A stretch of DNA of 64,000 nt from an uncultured virus (IMG/VR IMGVR_UViG_3300033148_003000) (IMGVR_UViG_3300033148_003000), one strand, 5' to 3'. Shown: positions 39,254-48,634, numbered from the stretch's first letter. Numbers and translations are program-made. The notes: generated from the sequence alone by a model not told the origin.

Positions 39254-39568
39254 TCAATGACTCGTAAGAATAATCGCAACCAAATGAAACCCGCCTTCAA
39301 CATCAATGTAAACGTTTTGTTCTCTTACATTGTATTGTGTTGTTTCTTTTCCATGTTCTTCTGAGTCTTCAAAAACTTCCAACTCTGGTACATACTCTGA
39401 AATATTGTGACCATTATTAGCATTAACCCAATTACCTTGTTTTATCAATGATTGGTGAAATCTTTCAATACCTTTCGCGATAAACCATGTTTGTTTGTCA
39501 GTTAAGCCATGATTTTTAGTTAATAAATAAGCCTTTGTTTCAATATCTTGATAATTAGTTACAACCAA
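39254..39568 (-). CDS. Hypothetical protein
   Basis: ORF track. Confidence 0.5.
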   Translation of the reverse strand: MVVTNYQDIETKAYLLTKNHGLTDKQTWFIAKGIERFHQSLIKQGNWVNANNGHNISEYVPELEVFEDSEEHGKETTQYNVREQNVYIDVEGGFHLVAIILTSH

Positions 39569-39762
39569 AATTTTAACTTAATATTTAACCATATTATAAA
39601 TATTTCCAGTAATATAATCACCAAAGAACTTGCAAATTGGTAACACAAACCTGTAAATGAGTAATTACCAGAATAATACACCAAAACAATAATTAACATC
39701 AATAAACAGTTGAAAAAATACATTAAATCTATAATCGTTTTGTTAGGATAATCAGTTTTCAT
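39559..39762 (-). CDS. Hypothetical membrane protein
   Basis: Two hydrophobic segments. Confidence 0.55.
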   Translation of the reverse strand: MKTDYPNKTIIDLMYFFNCLLMLIIVLVYYSGNYSFTGLCYQFASSLVIILLEIFIIWLNIKLKFWL

Positions 39763-39763
39763 G

Positions 39764-40144
39764 TTATAAATTCCTTATTAATTGTAATATTTCAATATAT
39801 CCTTGTATTTGAGCTTCACACACCCATAACTTTTTGAATCTTTTAATTTTGACAATTGTTTTCAAGTTATAGTAATTCACCTTTTTATTTAATTCCACAA
39901 GCTCATTTGATATCAGTTCTTTGATATCATCAATCCCTTTAATGTCCTTAATATTCCCCCTGTTTTCATTTATAAAGGTAATAACCTTAGCATAACTTTT
40001 GTTAATTCCTTGTTGACAACTTGCATGAAAATATCTTTCAAATGTACCTAACTCGCATTTTGGTATCAATTGATTGTATTTATACTTTAATTTATAAATT
40101 TCAAGACTTAAAATATTTTGTAAATAATTAAGATCAATAAACAT
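39764..40144 (-). CDS. Hypothetical protein
   Basis: AAGGA RBS. Confidence 0.55.
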   Translation of the reverse strand: MFIDLNYLQNILSLEIYKLKYKYNQLIPKCELGTFERYFHASCQQGINKSYAKVITFINENRGNIKDIKGIDDIKELISNELVELNKKVNYYNLKTIVKIKRFKKLWVCEAQIQGYIEILQLIRNL

Positions 40145-40266
40145 TATGTAAAACTTCCTTCTTTTTAATAATCTAATAAAATATTGATATAATCAACAAC
40201 TGATACGTCAAACCCAAATATTTTAGATAATCTATTTAATAACTTTTTTCTATTATTCATTCATGG

Positions 40267-40974
40267 TTAAATCTTTGTAGGCCAACTATTACACTTTAAA
40301 AAATCCCAACCATCGGCACCAACTCGATTTTGTGGTGCATCAAGTTTAAATCCAAAAGTCAACCATAAAATTTGACATTCTTTAAAAAGTTGTTTTTCAA
40401 GTTCGTAAAAACCTTGTTCCATGTCACTTTCTGTAACATCGTCAATGTCTTTCAAATCGTCGTTTTCATCCTTAAAAGTAAAATTATCACTCCATAATGT
40501 TGCACCTCCACTATATTCATAAACCATTTCACACCAATTATTGAAAGTATAATCTTCTGTTTTGTGTTCTTCAGAGAATCCACAACTATTAATAACACTT
40601 TGTAAGTCTTTTGATGAAAACTCAGAAGGTGCTACAATTGACAATTGCATTTGTAATTGTGGTTCATTACATGCATCAATCAAATTCATAAATTCCGCCA
40701 CATAACAAAAGTGAAATTCCCCATTGTATTTTATTTCACTAATCCATGTACCTCCATACTGGAAATAATCTAAATCACCTGTTAGAAAATTAAATTGATA
40801 AACAGTGTTATCATTGTTGTTGCAATAATTGTCTAACAGTTTACCTTTTTCATAAATTTTGGGTAAATGTAAACCAACATTATTATCAACTTTCTTATTT
40901 AAACAACTTCTTTTAACCTGTTGTTTAAGTGTTATTTTTTTAACTTGTTTGTTGTTTATTTCTTTTTTAACCAT
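40267..40974 (-). CDS. Hypothetical early protein
   Basis: GAGG RBS; own promoter. Confidence 0.65.
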   Translation of the reverse strand: MVKKEINNKQVKKITLKQQVKRSCLNKKVDNNVGLHLPKIYEKGKLLDNYCNNNDNTVYQFNFLTGDLDYFQYGGTWISEIKYNGEFHFCYVAEFMNLIDACNEPQLQMQLSIVAPSEFSSKDLQSVINSCGFSEEHKTEDYTFNNWCEMVYEYSGGATLWSDNFTFKDENDDLKDIDDVTESDMEQGFYELEKQLFKECQILWLTFGFKLDAPQNRVGADGWDFLKCNSWPTKI

Positions 40975-41021
40975 TTTTATTTACCTCTTTTTTTTTTTGT
41001 TAACTGTTTTTTCTTATTCTA

Positions 41022-41050
41022 ACTATAAAACCTTTATTTAAATAATTCAA
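41022..41050 (-). promoter_or_regulatory. Early-type sigma70 promoter
   Basis: TTGAAT-17-TATAGT with upstream GTAAACAATTTACCAAA. Confidence 0.7.
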
Positions 41051-41099
41051 GTGTATTTGGTAAATTGTTTACAACATCTTGATGATTGTTTACAAATTG

Positions 41100-41906
41100 T
41101 TACACTAAAATTAATTCTCTTTGTTTATTTAAAACATTTTTCTTTTTACCCAATGTTTTTGTATTTCCTTTAAGTTTGTTGTAATTTATTTTTCCTTTTG
41201 TCCGATAACTATTGTATTTTGCATAACAATCAGGGCAATTATGTTGGCATGATCCACTACTTAACAAATCAATTCCTTGAATATTTGTGATTGGTTCTAA
41301 GTTGTTGATTCGGTAACAATTTAAACAATATAAACAACCTTTTTCAGCAATATCACATGGCCATGTTTGTTGGTATTGTTGTTTAATTTCTTGTATAAAT
41401 TCCAAATACCGATTTTGAGTCAATCGTTTATAATTACCTTTAAATGTGTAATGTTTTTGTTCATCTACATGGGTATATTTATTGAATGTGTTGTTACACC
41501 TAAATTTTTGTGGTATAACCAACAAATTCAAGTTGTCTTTTTGACAATAATCTAAAACCTGTTTTGTTGTGTTTTTGGTTTGATTATTCAACACAAACTT
41601 GTAAACCACACTGTCAATATATTTAGACGGTAATTTAGGTTCCACAAATTTTAAATTAGGTGTAACAGTAAACCCGATTTTGACTCGTTTATGTTTTATT
41701 ACACTTAACAATAAATCCTTAGATGTTGTTAAACATTTATTTGGTTGAGTGTTACCCCACACATTATTATAACCTTTTACGTTAGACCATACAAAGAAGT
41801 TTTTGAATGGCTCATCAATAAGTAATTGTTTAAGTTGTCGTAACTCGTTTTCAGTGTAATTAAAATTGGTAAATTGTATACCTACTCTGATCAATTCCTT
41901 GTTCAT
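41100..41906 (-). CDS. Protein with C-terminal CxxxCxxC Fe-S motif (radical-SAM/DUF1848-like)
   Basis: IDLLSSGSCQHNCPDCYA; additional C..GCLYCLNC cluster. Confidence 0.55.
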   Translation of the reverse strand: MNKELIRVGIQFTNFNYTENELRQLKQLLIDEPFKNFFVWSNVKGYNNVWGNTQPNKCLTTSKDLLLSVIKHKRVKIGFTVTPNLKFVEPKLPSKYIDSVVYKFVLNNQTKNTTKQVLDYCQKDNLNLLVIPQKFRCNNTFNKYTHVDEQKHYTFKGNYKRLTQNRYLEFIQEIKQQYQQTWPCDIAEKGCLYCLNCYRINNLEPITNIQGIDLLSSGSCQHNCPDCYAKYNSYRTKGKINYNKLKGNTKTLGKKKNVLNKQRELILV

Positions 41907-41939
41907 GTTTTAACCTCTTATTCATGTGTAATATTTTAC

Positions 41940-42170
41940 TTAAACTTTGTTTATTAAATCTATATAATTATACCCTAATACATAAAATTCCAATTCATCC
42001 ATTGATTTGAAAAACATCAATTGATAACCATTTTCCATGAAATGTTGAACATTTTCACATCTATTTAACAACCTGTAATCTCTAACATTGATACTAACTA
42101 TTGTGTGCATTTTTGTCAATGATATTTTGTAATCATCTAAACGTTTTTTTATTTCATTTGGTACTTTCAT
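41940..42170 (-). CDS. Hypothetical protein
   Basis: AAAGG RBS. Confidence 0.55.
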   Translation of the reverse strand: MKVPNEIKKRLDDYKISLTKMHTIVSINVRDYRLLNRCENVQHFMENGYQLMFFKSMDELEFYVLGYNYIDLINKV

Positions 42171-42205
42171 AATTATTTAACCTTTCATGTTAGTTTTTTG
42201 TAAAC

Positions 42206-42685
42206 CTAAAACGGTAAATTGTATTCCAACTGATTGTAACTGAAATTATTAATCCATTGCATTAATTGGGTTTCATTGTTAAATATTTCAACTAGTTTAA
42301 TGTCATACTTGTCAGGTCTATTTAACATCAATGATATGCGTCCATCAACCAACCATCTCAATTTAAACAGGTTAGGGAACATTGATTGCACTTGTTGTTT
42401 TACAATATCTTGTTTAAGTGTTTTACTTGATCTCAATTTTAATTGTGACTGTCTCAGTAGTTCACGTTTTTTAATTGACAATTCTTTAAGTTTACGTTTT
42501 TCCAAAAGTTTTTGTTCTTGGGATAAGTATTTTTGTTGTTCTTTCAACTCTTTTTCAAGTTCACCAAATAAAAAACCTAACAAAGTGAAAATTACACAAC
42601 CACCAAACCCTAACACTGCAAACAATAAACATTGTCCTGATTCTTGGGGTTTGTCTCGAATTTTTGTAAAGTCTATCATTGACAT
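42206..42685 (-). CDS. Hypothetical membrane-anchored coiled-coil protein
   Basis: Hydrophobic segment then coiled coil. Confidence 0.6.
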   Translation of the reverse strand: MSMIDFTKIRDKPQESGQCLLFAVLGFGGCVIFTLLGFLFGELEKELKEQQKYLSQEQKLLEKRKLKELSIKKRELLRQSQLKLRSSKTLKQDIVKQQVQSMFPNLFKLRWLVDGRISLMLNRPDKYDIKLVEIFNNETQLMQWINNFSYNQLEYNLPF

Positions 42686-42802
42686 TTTAGTTTATCCTTT
42701 AATAATCTCTATACATCATATCTATAAATATTATACCTAACATTATAAAAACCCCTAAATATGCAATTAACATAATAGTAAACATAATAATTTGAATTAT
42801 TT

Positions 42803-43123
42803 CTAACATTTTTCCTCTATTTCAACAATATTATCAATTATACAATGATTATGATCTAAACAGTTAAATAAATTTAAATTTTTGTTTATGTATTCACAAA
42901 CCACTTTGTCAATTTCTATTTCAGATAAATTAGTGTGTTTTAAATAATACTCAATCAAAGCAGTTCGTGAATTATGTAGATTACTCATTAATCGTCGTTT
43001 TTTATTGATACGGGTATTAATTAGATGATTTCCATTATCAACAATTAAATATTGTGTTTTACTTATTTTTTTAATTAACATTTTTATTTTATCCTTTATT
43101 ATTTTTTTTAATTTTATAACCAC
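42803..43123 (-). CDS. Hypothetical protein
   Basis: ORF track; internal ATG likely the true start. Confidence 0.5.
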   Translation of the reverse strand: MVIKLKKIIKDKIKMLIKKISKTQYLIVDNGNHLINTRINKKRRLMSNLHNSRTALIEYYLKHTNLSEIEIDKVVCEYINKNLNLFNCLDHNHCIIDNIVEIEEKC

Positions 43124-43509
43124 ACAATTTTAAAGCGTAATCGATAGAAAAACCTTGATTAAATAAAATATGTCTATATAATTCACTTACATTTTTATCT
43201 CTTAATATTTCTTTATTATCTTTATATAAAATATTAAAGCTCATTTTACCCCTTTCATAATTATTTGTTGTTAGTCATTTTTATTTACTCTTTTATTTTA
43301 ACCTTTATAATTATCTTTTAATATTCTTAAACAATCTTCACATCGATAATGATAATGTGTCATTTCATTTTAATTTATCCTTTGTCATGTTTTTCAATTT
43401 GTTTAACTAAATAAAAAGGGATAATTATAATTACAGTGATAACAACAATTGTTTATTCAATATTGAGACACTAATTATTACGACAATAATTACAACTATC
43501 CCAAAGAGG

Positions 43510-44520
43510 CTAAATAAGAGGTAATAAGGCTTGAACCGCCTTTTGTTTCAAAGAATTACCAGAACCAAATAGAACCTTGTGAGTTCTACCAGGTGAACTC
43601 GTTACTTGTGAAGGGTTTAGACCTCGATAGTAATCAGCATAAAGAGTAACAGCATTTAAAACACCCCATGCGGTATCTTTTGTTGATTCCATTTGTTGAC
43701 CTTTACCGTTATAGTAGAGATAGTTTAATAATTTTACAGTTTCTCTTTTATTTTTGTTGATATCTTCAATAGTATTGTATTGTACTTTGTCATCATAACC
43801 AATAATTGATTCAAAAATTTGATGTCTTTCAGAAGTATTAACTTTAGTTTGTGACAATTTATTACAAAAACTTTCAAAGTTGGACCATTTTTCTTCAATT
43901 AAACCCATTTCAACTTTAACGGTTTCAGGTTTAAATTGGTTGAGATGATTAACTTTAATCACATGATCATGAGATTCTTTATCTAATGATAGTGTTAACG
44001 TGTTATTACAAACAACTCTAATTGATGTCACTTGACATGTTGTCGCAAATGAACCATCATATGATGTAGATAGTAACAAATAACCATTTACTTGATCACC
44101 ATCCTGTAAAGTGAAATTTAAAGGTAGTTCGGCTAAACCCCATACTTTTTTACCTTTTAGCAATACACCTGCGGTGTTCATTTTAAACCCCAAGTCTTTT
44201 ATTAAAGACTCAAAAAAGAAAATGATCTCTTTAGGTTGCACAACATTGTATCCTAAAGAAACAATCCCTAATTCCTCAAAATTATCATCTCTAAATAGAA
44301 CCTTTTTGTTTTTAGATGTTGCCAGCTTTGGGGTGTCTACATTATCACCAATATTATATTGTATAGGTGATTCTTTAACAGTGTAGTTTAATCCTGATTG
44401 TTGTAACCATATTTCTAATGGTTGTCCTTCAACCATTTTTTGGCCTAAACCATGCCATGGTTTAGCATTTGTGTATGCAACCGCTGCAAACTTTTTACTG
44501 AAATCTAATTCATGAGCCAT
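43510..44520 (-). CDS. DUF932 (phage/plasmid TIGR03299-like) protein
   Basis: MAHEL..PWHGLG..YNVVQP..TAGVL..LLLSTSYDGS..IRVVCNNTL..TAWGVLNAVT. Confidence 0.9.
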   Translation of the reverse strand: MAHELDFSKKFAAVAYTNAKPWHGLGQKMVEGQPLEIWLQQSGLNYTVKESPIQYNIGDNVDTPKLATSKNKKVLFRDDNFEELGIVSLGYNVVQPKEIIFFFESLIKDLGFKMNTAGVLLKGKKVWGLAELPLNFTLQDGDQVNGYLLLSTSYDGSFATTCQVTSIRVVCNNTLTLSLDKESHDHVIKVNHLNQFKPETVKVEMGLIEEKWSNFESFCNKLSQTKVNTSERHQIFESIIGYDDKVQYNTIEDINKNKRETVKLLNYLYYNGKGQQMESTKDTAWGVLNAVTLYADYYRGLNPSQVTSSPGRTHKVLFGSGNSLKQKAVQALLPLI

Positions 44521-44587
44521 TTTAATTTACCTCTTACTTATGTATTTGACTGTTTATTGAAATATTTCTTTTGTTCTTCTTACTCTA

Positions 44588-44616
44588 ACTATAAACCTTT
44601 TATTTTGAAATTTCAA
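44588..44616 (-). promoter_or_regulatory. Early-type sigma70 promoter
   Basis: TTGAAA-17-TATAGT with upstream GTAAC box. Confidence 0.7.
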
Positions 44617-44644
44617 CCTATTTACTTGATATTGTTACTTAATT

Positions 44645-44989
44645 TTACAAAATATTGATTAACTCTTTTAATATTTTAACGGTTTCTTCATGTATATCTA
44701 TTGAAGTTTCAATATCTAACATTATATCTTTATCAATATTATCTAGATATAAAGAACCAATACATAAATCTTTAAATAACCATATATGAATGTTTATACC
44801 ATCACACTCATATATTTTTAATGTAAAGTGATTTTTTTTACATATGTATAAATCAGTTTTCATATCAGGTGAATAGTTTTCTTTATTGAAAACATCTATA
44901 TCACATATATTAACATTTTTTTGAGAATCAATTACCCAATCATTTGATTTTAATATTTTATAATGTTCAAAATAAGCTGGTAAATTCAT
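44645..44989 (-). CDS. Hypothetical protein
   Basis: AAAGG RBS. Confidence 0.55.
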   Translation of the reverse strand: MNLPAYFEHYKILKSNDWVIDSQKNVNICDIDVFNKENYSPDMKTDLYICKKNHFTLKIYECDGINIHIWLFKDLCIGSLYLDNIDKDIMLDIETSIDIHEETVKILKELINIL

Positions 44990-45045
44990 TATTAACCTTT
45001 CTTAATTTTAAATTACAAGGATAAACCTTCTTTGTCTTTCAGTAT

Positions 45046-45414
45046 TTATAAATAAATATCTTCATTAATATGTCTAGATATTCTAGTTTCTAAATCATGA
45101 CAATCAATATTTATAAACTCATTTTTTAATGTTATTATTAGTTGATCATAAGTACTGGGACAAATTTTATTTTCAAAATGTTTTATTAACATTTTTTTCT
45201 CTTCACTAGCTTGTAAACAACTTTCTTGAAAATTATCATAATTAAAACAAAAATCAAATAATAAAAATAATTCATTATTATCTAAATTTTCAATAATCAT
45301 TTCAATTTGTTGTTTTTCTGTGTAATCTAATTCTTTAAAATGTTCCATTCTTAAACCTCTTTTACTTAAATTGTATTTTACATCTATTGTTGAAATAATC
45401 TTCACCTTTTTCAA
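45046..45414 (-). CDS. Hypothetical protein
   Basis: True start probably ATG of MEHF after GAGG. Confidence 0.55.
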   Translation of the reverse strand: MKKVKIISTIDVKYNLSKRGLRMEHFKELDYTEKQQIEMIIENLDNNELFLLFDFCFNYDNFQESCLQASEEKKMLIKHFENKICPSTYDQLIITLKNEFINIDCHDLETRISRHINEDIYL

Positions 45415-46153
45415 AGTCTTTTCGATAATTATCCCAATGATTAAAACTTTCTGAACCAGTATCCCACAATGAAGATTCTTTTGTGTAGTTGTTTTGAATA
45501 AAATAACCTGTTACAAAATGATTGTTAACCCAAATTAAACTAAATTTATCTGTGTGTAGACTTTTTGGTGTTACTCCATTGAGTGTAACATCATTTGTGT
45601 TGTTATCACCTAAAATATGGACTTTATCCAATTCAATACGTTCTGGTAATAAATCATGGTAATGTTTTTCAATGCTATCTAACATACCGTTTGTTTTTAA
45701 TTCATCACCATAAAATCCGTAAAGTGAATCAATAACCTCATCATGAAGTTTTATTTCATATCCAAAAATTTGGCCTCTTAAACATTGATCATATTCTTTC
45801 ACTTCATTTACAAGATACTGTTCTATTTTTTCTTGAAATTTTTTAGATATTCTTTTAACTCCAAATTCATTTCTAACTTTTTCTTTATTAACTGTTACAA
45901 TCCCAACCTTGCCGGAATCCCATTGACAACTAAAAGGTGTAGTTTTCATGGTTATTCCTGAATGTTCATAAAGATATAAAGGTAAAGTAACATATTTATT
46001 TGATTTTTCTATTTTGTTTACTTCACCTATTGTTAATTCATGTTCATCACCTAATGTGTATCTATTAGAGAAACAATACATTGTGCCTAAATTGTCGTAA
46101 TCTATTCTAGGATTCCCGTTACAGTCTTGAATAAATTCTATAGTTAAAGCCAT
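45362..46153 (-). CDS. Conserved hypothetical phage/mobile-element protein
   Basis: NPR..DNLG..LPLYLYEHSGI..WDSGKVG..EVKEYDQ.L.G motif. Confidence 0.65.
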   Translation of the reverse strand: MALTIEFIQDCNGNPRIDYDNLGTMYCFSNRYTLGDEHELTIGEVNKIEKSNKYVTLPLYLYEHSGITMKTTPFSCQWDSGKVGIVTVNKEKVRNEFGVKRISKKFQEKIEQYLVNEVKEYDQCLRGQIFGYEIKLHDEVIDSLYGFYGDELKTNGMLDSIEKHYHDLLPERIELDKVHILGDNNTNDVTLNGVTPKSLHTDKFSLIWVNNHFVTGYFIQNNYTKESSLWDTGSESFNHWDNYRKDFEKGEDYFNNRCKIQFK

Positions 46154-46184
46154 TTTAATTTACCTCTTATTTTGTACACAAATT

Positions 46185-46541
46185 TTATAAATAACAAGAA
46201 ACTTCTATTTTATTTTCTTTCATTAAATTTAATAATTCAATATAGGTAAAATCATCACTATCTATACTATAATAAATATTATTAAATAAATTAGGGTATA
46301 TTTCTTTATTGTTTTTTTCTTTATCTTGAATAAGTTTTCTGTTTTTTAATTTATATTTGTTTTGTTTAATGTGAATAACTAAACCCTCTTTAAATACCAA
46401 ATGATTTTGAAAATATTCTAATATATCTTTTTTACAAGAAAAACAAAATGGGACAAAATCTTTTGTTTTTTCTAAATTATCCCAAACAGTAAATGGGGTT
46501 TTACATCTATTGCAAACATAGTTAGTATGAATAGTTTTCAT
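46185..46541 (-). CDS. Hypothetical Zn-ribbon protein
   Basis: CNRC..CFSC. Confidence 0.55.
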   Translation of the reverse strand: MKTIHTNYVCNRCKTPFTVWDNLEKTKDFVPFCFSCKKDILEYFQNHLVFKEGLVIHIKQNKYKLKNRKLIQDKEKNNKEIYPNLFNNIYYSIDSDDFTYIELLNLMKENKIEVSCYL

Positions 46542-46551
46542 AATTTACCTC

Positions 46552-46818
46552 TTATTTTACTAAATCATTTAATACCGATATTAAATCTTTTGTCAACCTT
46601 TCATGTTCTTTTATGTAAAAACTATACGGTTTATCTAGGTATATTTTTTCTAAAAATTCTTTTGTAGGTTCTTTAGATTTGATAAATTTTTCAACAATCC
46701 ATTGTATTTTATATAACATATATGCAGTATTTTTAATTTTTTTAGTATTGTAAATAATCATTTTAACACCTTTCTTATTTAATAAACTAAATGTTGAGGA
46801 AATAACCCATACATACAA
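46552..46818 (-). CDS. Hypothetical protein
   Basis: ORF track; internal MIIY start likely. Confidence 0.5.
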   Translation of the reverse strand: MYVWVISSTFSLLNKKGVKMIIYNTKKIKNTAYMLYKIQWIVEKFIKSKEPTKEFLEKIYLDKPYSFYIKEHERLTKDLISVLNDLVK

Positions 46819-47021
46819 CTTGTTTTTTGAAATGTTTTTTTCTTACCATTTGTATAATAAGATAATAAATACGATTTAATCTGTGTGTCAATTATTGAAT
46901 TTAATAATTGTACATCGTATGTTAAATCTAAATAAGAAATATCTTCATTGTTGTATTTACCTTCTGTTTTTTCTACTCTTGTGATTATTTTATCTAAATC
47001 TATTTCTAATATAAAACCCAT
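46779..47021 (-). CDS. Hypothetical protein
   Basis: AAAGG RBS; own promoter. Confidence 0.55.
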   Translation of the reverse strand: MGFILEIDLDKIITRVEKTEGKYNNEDISYLDLTYDVQLLNSIIDTQIKSYLLSYYTNGKKKTFQKTSCMYGLFPQHLVY

Positions 47022-47051
47022 TTAATAACCTTTCTTATTTACTACACCTTT

Positions 47052-47080
47052 ACTATAAACCCTAATGAAATAAAAAACAA
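47052..47080 (-). promoter_or_regulatory. Early-type sigma70 promoter
   Basis: TTGTTT-17-TATAGT with upstream TGTAAC box. Confidence 0.6.
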
Positions 47081-47217
47081 CCTCTTTTTATTAAACTGTT
47101 ACAATTGGTAACAACCATCTTTGGATTTTTAATAATTAAAAACATGTATATTAATATACATATATATGCTAATTTTAATATTCAAATTTACATAACTTTA
47201 CATTTAAAGATTTACAC

Positions 47218-47246
47218 TTGACATTCATTTGATTATAATTTATAGT
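47218..47246 (+). promoter_or_regulatory. sigma70 promoter facing the non-coding repeat block
   Basis: TTGACA-17-TATAGT. Confidence 0.7.
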
Positions 47247-47409
47247 TATATTAGATTAAAAACGGAACTTTGAAAATAGAATAAAGAAAGTGAGGACACC
47301 ATGCGACTCTTTTTTAATTGAGTTTATTATTAAAAAGGTATAAATATTATTTACAATATTTATCCCTTCAAAATTTATTTAAAAATAAAAATTTTCTAAT
47401 ATACCCCTT

Positions 47410-47556
47410 TTAGAACTACGACTGGTACCAAAATTTTTCAGTAAACACCTTTAGAAGTCCGACTGGTACCATGTATCATAACCAGTAATTTGTCTTTAGA
47501 ACTAGACCTGGTACAAAAATTTTCAGTAAACTGTCTTTAGAACTGTAAGTACACCA
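47410..47556. repeat. TTAGAA-N7-TGGTACCA tandem, cluster 3 (4 copies)
   Basis: Copies at 47410, 47451, 47496, 47537 (last degenerate). Confidence 0.8.
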
Positions 47557-47589
47557 AAATTTTTATAATAGATACCTCTTATGTTAATA

Positions 47590-47619
47590 ACACCCATTTT
47601 TAAAAATGGGTGTCTTTTT
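47590..47619 (+). terminator. Intrinsic terminator, possibly bidirectional
   Basis: Perfect palindrome ACACCCATTTTTAAAAATGGGTGT followed by CTTTTT. Confidence 0.7.
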
Positions 47620-47779
47620 ATTTGTTAATACTATTAGATACAATAAACTAATATACACATAATTAATAAACCTATCCCTACAATAAGTTGTAAATATTCT
47701 TAAAACCATTGTGTAAATTTGTTAAATAATCTTTCAGTTAATATTTCAATTTTAGTTTTACGGCATTCAAATCACCTTT

Positions 47780-47885
47780 AATAGCCTGGGGGTATTTGGT
47801 GGGTGTATGTGGATTATAAACAATAGCCTGGGAGTATTAAAATGGTTGTAGGGGTTTGTAAACCATTGGTTAATAGACTGGGGTT
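47780..47885. repeat. AATAGCCTGGG motif cluster
   Basis: Copies at ~47780, 47822, 47872; first is near-identical to 37800-37822. Confidence 0.7.
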
Positions 47886-47911
47886 AATAATTAGGGTGTT
47901 GATAACCAAAA

Positions 47912-48358
47912 TTAAAAACTTCCTTTATGTGAGTCCCATGAATAATCTTCCTCATTTTGAGGGTTACTATCACCAGTTGTATGATAACTATTGTAAGGTC
48001 TGCTATTTTTATAAATTTTCTTTAAACCTTTTATTAATGAAATTTGGCCTTTTGTTGCATTTTTATTTATTTCGATATCATTTATTAATTTTTGTATTTC
48101 TCTTCTTTTTTTATTTGTCATAGTGTATTTAAGTAATTTATTTAAATCATATAAATATAATCTATAAATACTATATTGTTTAATCATTTTTTCAATTAAT
48201 TGTTTTTGTTTATTTGAAACTTTTTGATTTTGTAATAAATTTTTTTGTATACATAAAATTTTTCGTTGTTCTTTAGGTCTTACTGTTTTGACCAATAATT
48301 CATCTAATTTATGTAAGTAGTATCCTAACATTTTATCTCCTTTGTTATTAATAAACAA
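47912..48358 (-). CDS. Hypothetical basic protein
   Basis: GGAG RBS suggests start at 48331. Confidence 0.5.
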   Translation of the reverse strand: MFINNKGDKMLGYYLHKLDELLVKTVRPKEQRKILCIQKNLLQNQKVSNKQKQLIEKMIKQYSIYRLYLYDLNKLLKYTMTNKKRREIQKLINDIEINKNATKGQISLIKGLKKIYKNSRPYNSYHTTGDSNPQNEEDYSWDSHKGSF

Positions 48359-48364
48359 GAACCT

Positions 48365-48634
48365 TTACAAATAAACAGGTTTCTTATCTTTGATGGTGGT
48401 ATCAATAACGATCTTTAATTCAGGATAAACCTTATTAATGAGAAATTTAACAAAATTCACTTGATTTTCACTAATACCCCAATAGGTTAAATCACCATGA
48501 CCGCTCTTATAATATTCTGTTTCTATATATAACCCATTTACTTTACACAATCTTGTAATTTTATTTACATCACAAGTTAAGTTGTACAAGTCATCATCGT
48601 CTATATATAAAATATAAGTAGTTAAATCATTCAT
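48365..48634 (-). CDS. Hypothetical protein
   Basis: ORF in operon. Confidence 0.6.
   Translation of the reverse strand: MNDLTTYILYIDDDDLYNLTCDVNKITRLCKVNGLYIETEYYKSGHGDLTYWGISENQVNFVKFLINKVYPELKIVIDTTIKDKKPVYL

Noticed and set aside
47410..47556. CRISPR array or sigma54 promoter interpretation of the TGGTACCA repeats
   Set aside because: Variable part is only 7 nt, no cas genes are visible, and GG-N10-GC spacing is not met on either strand.
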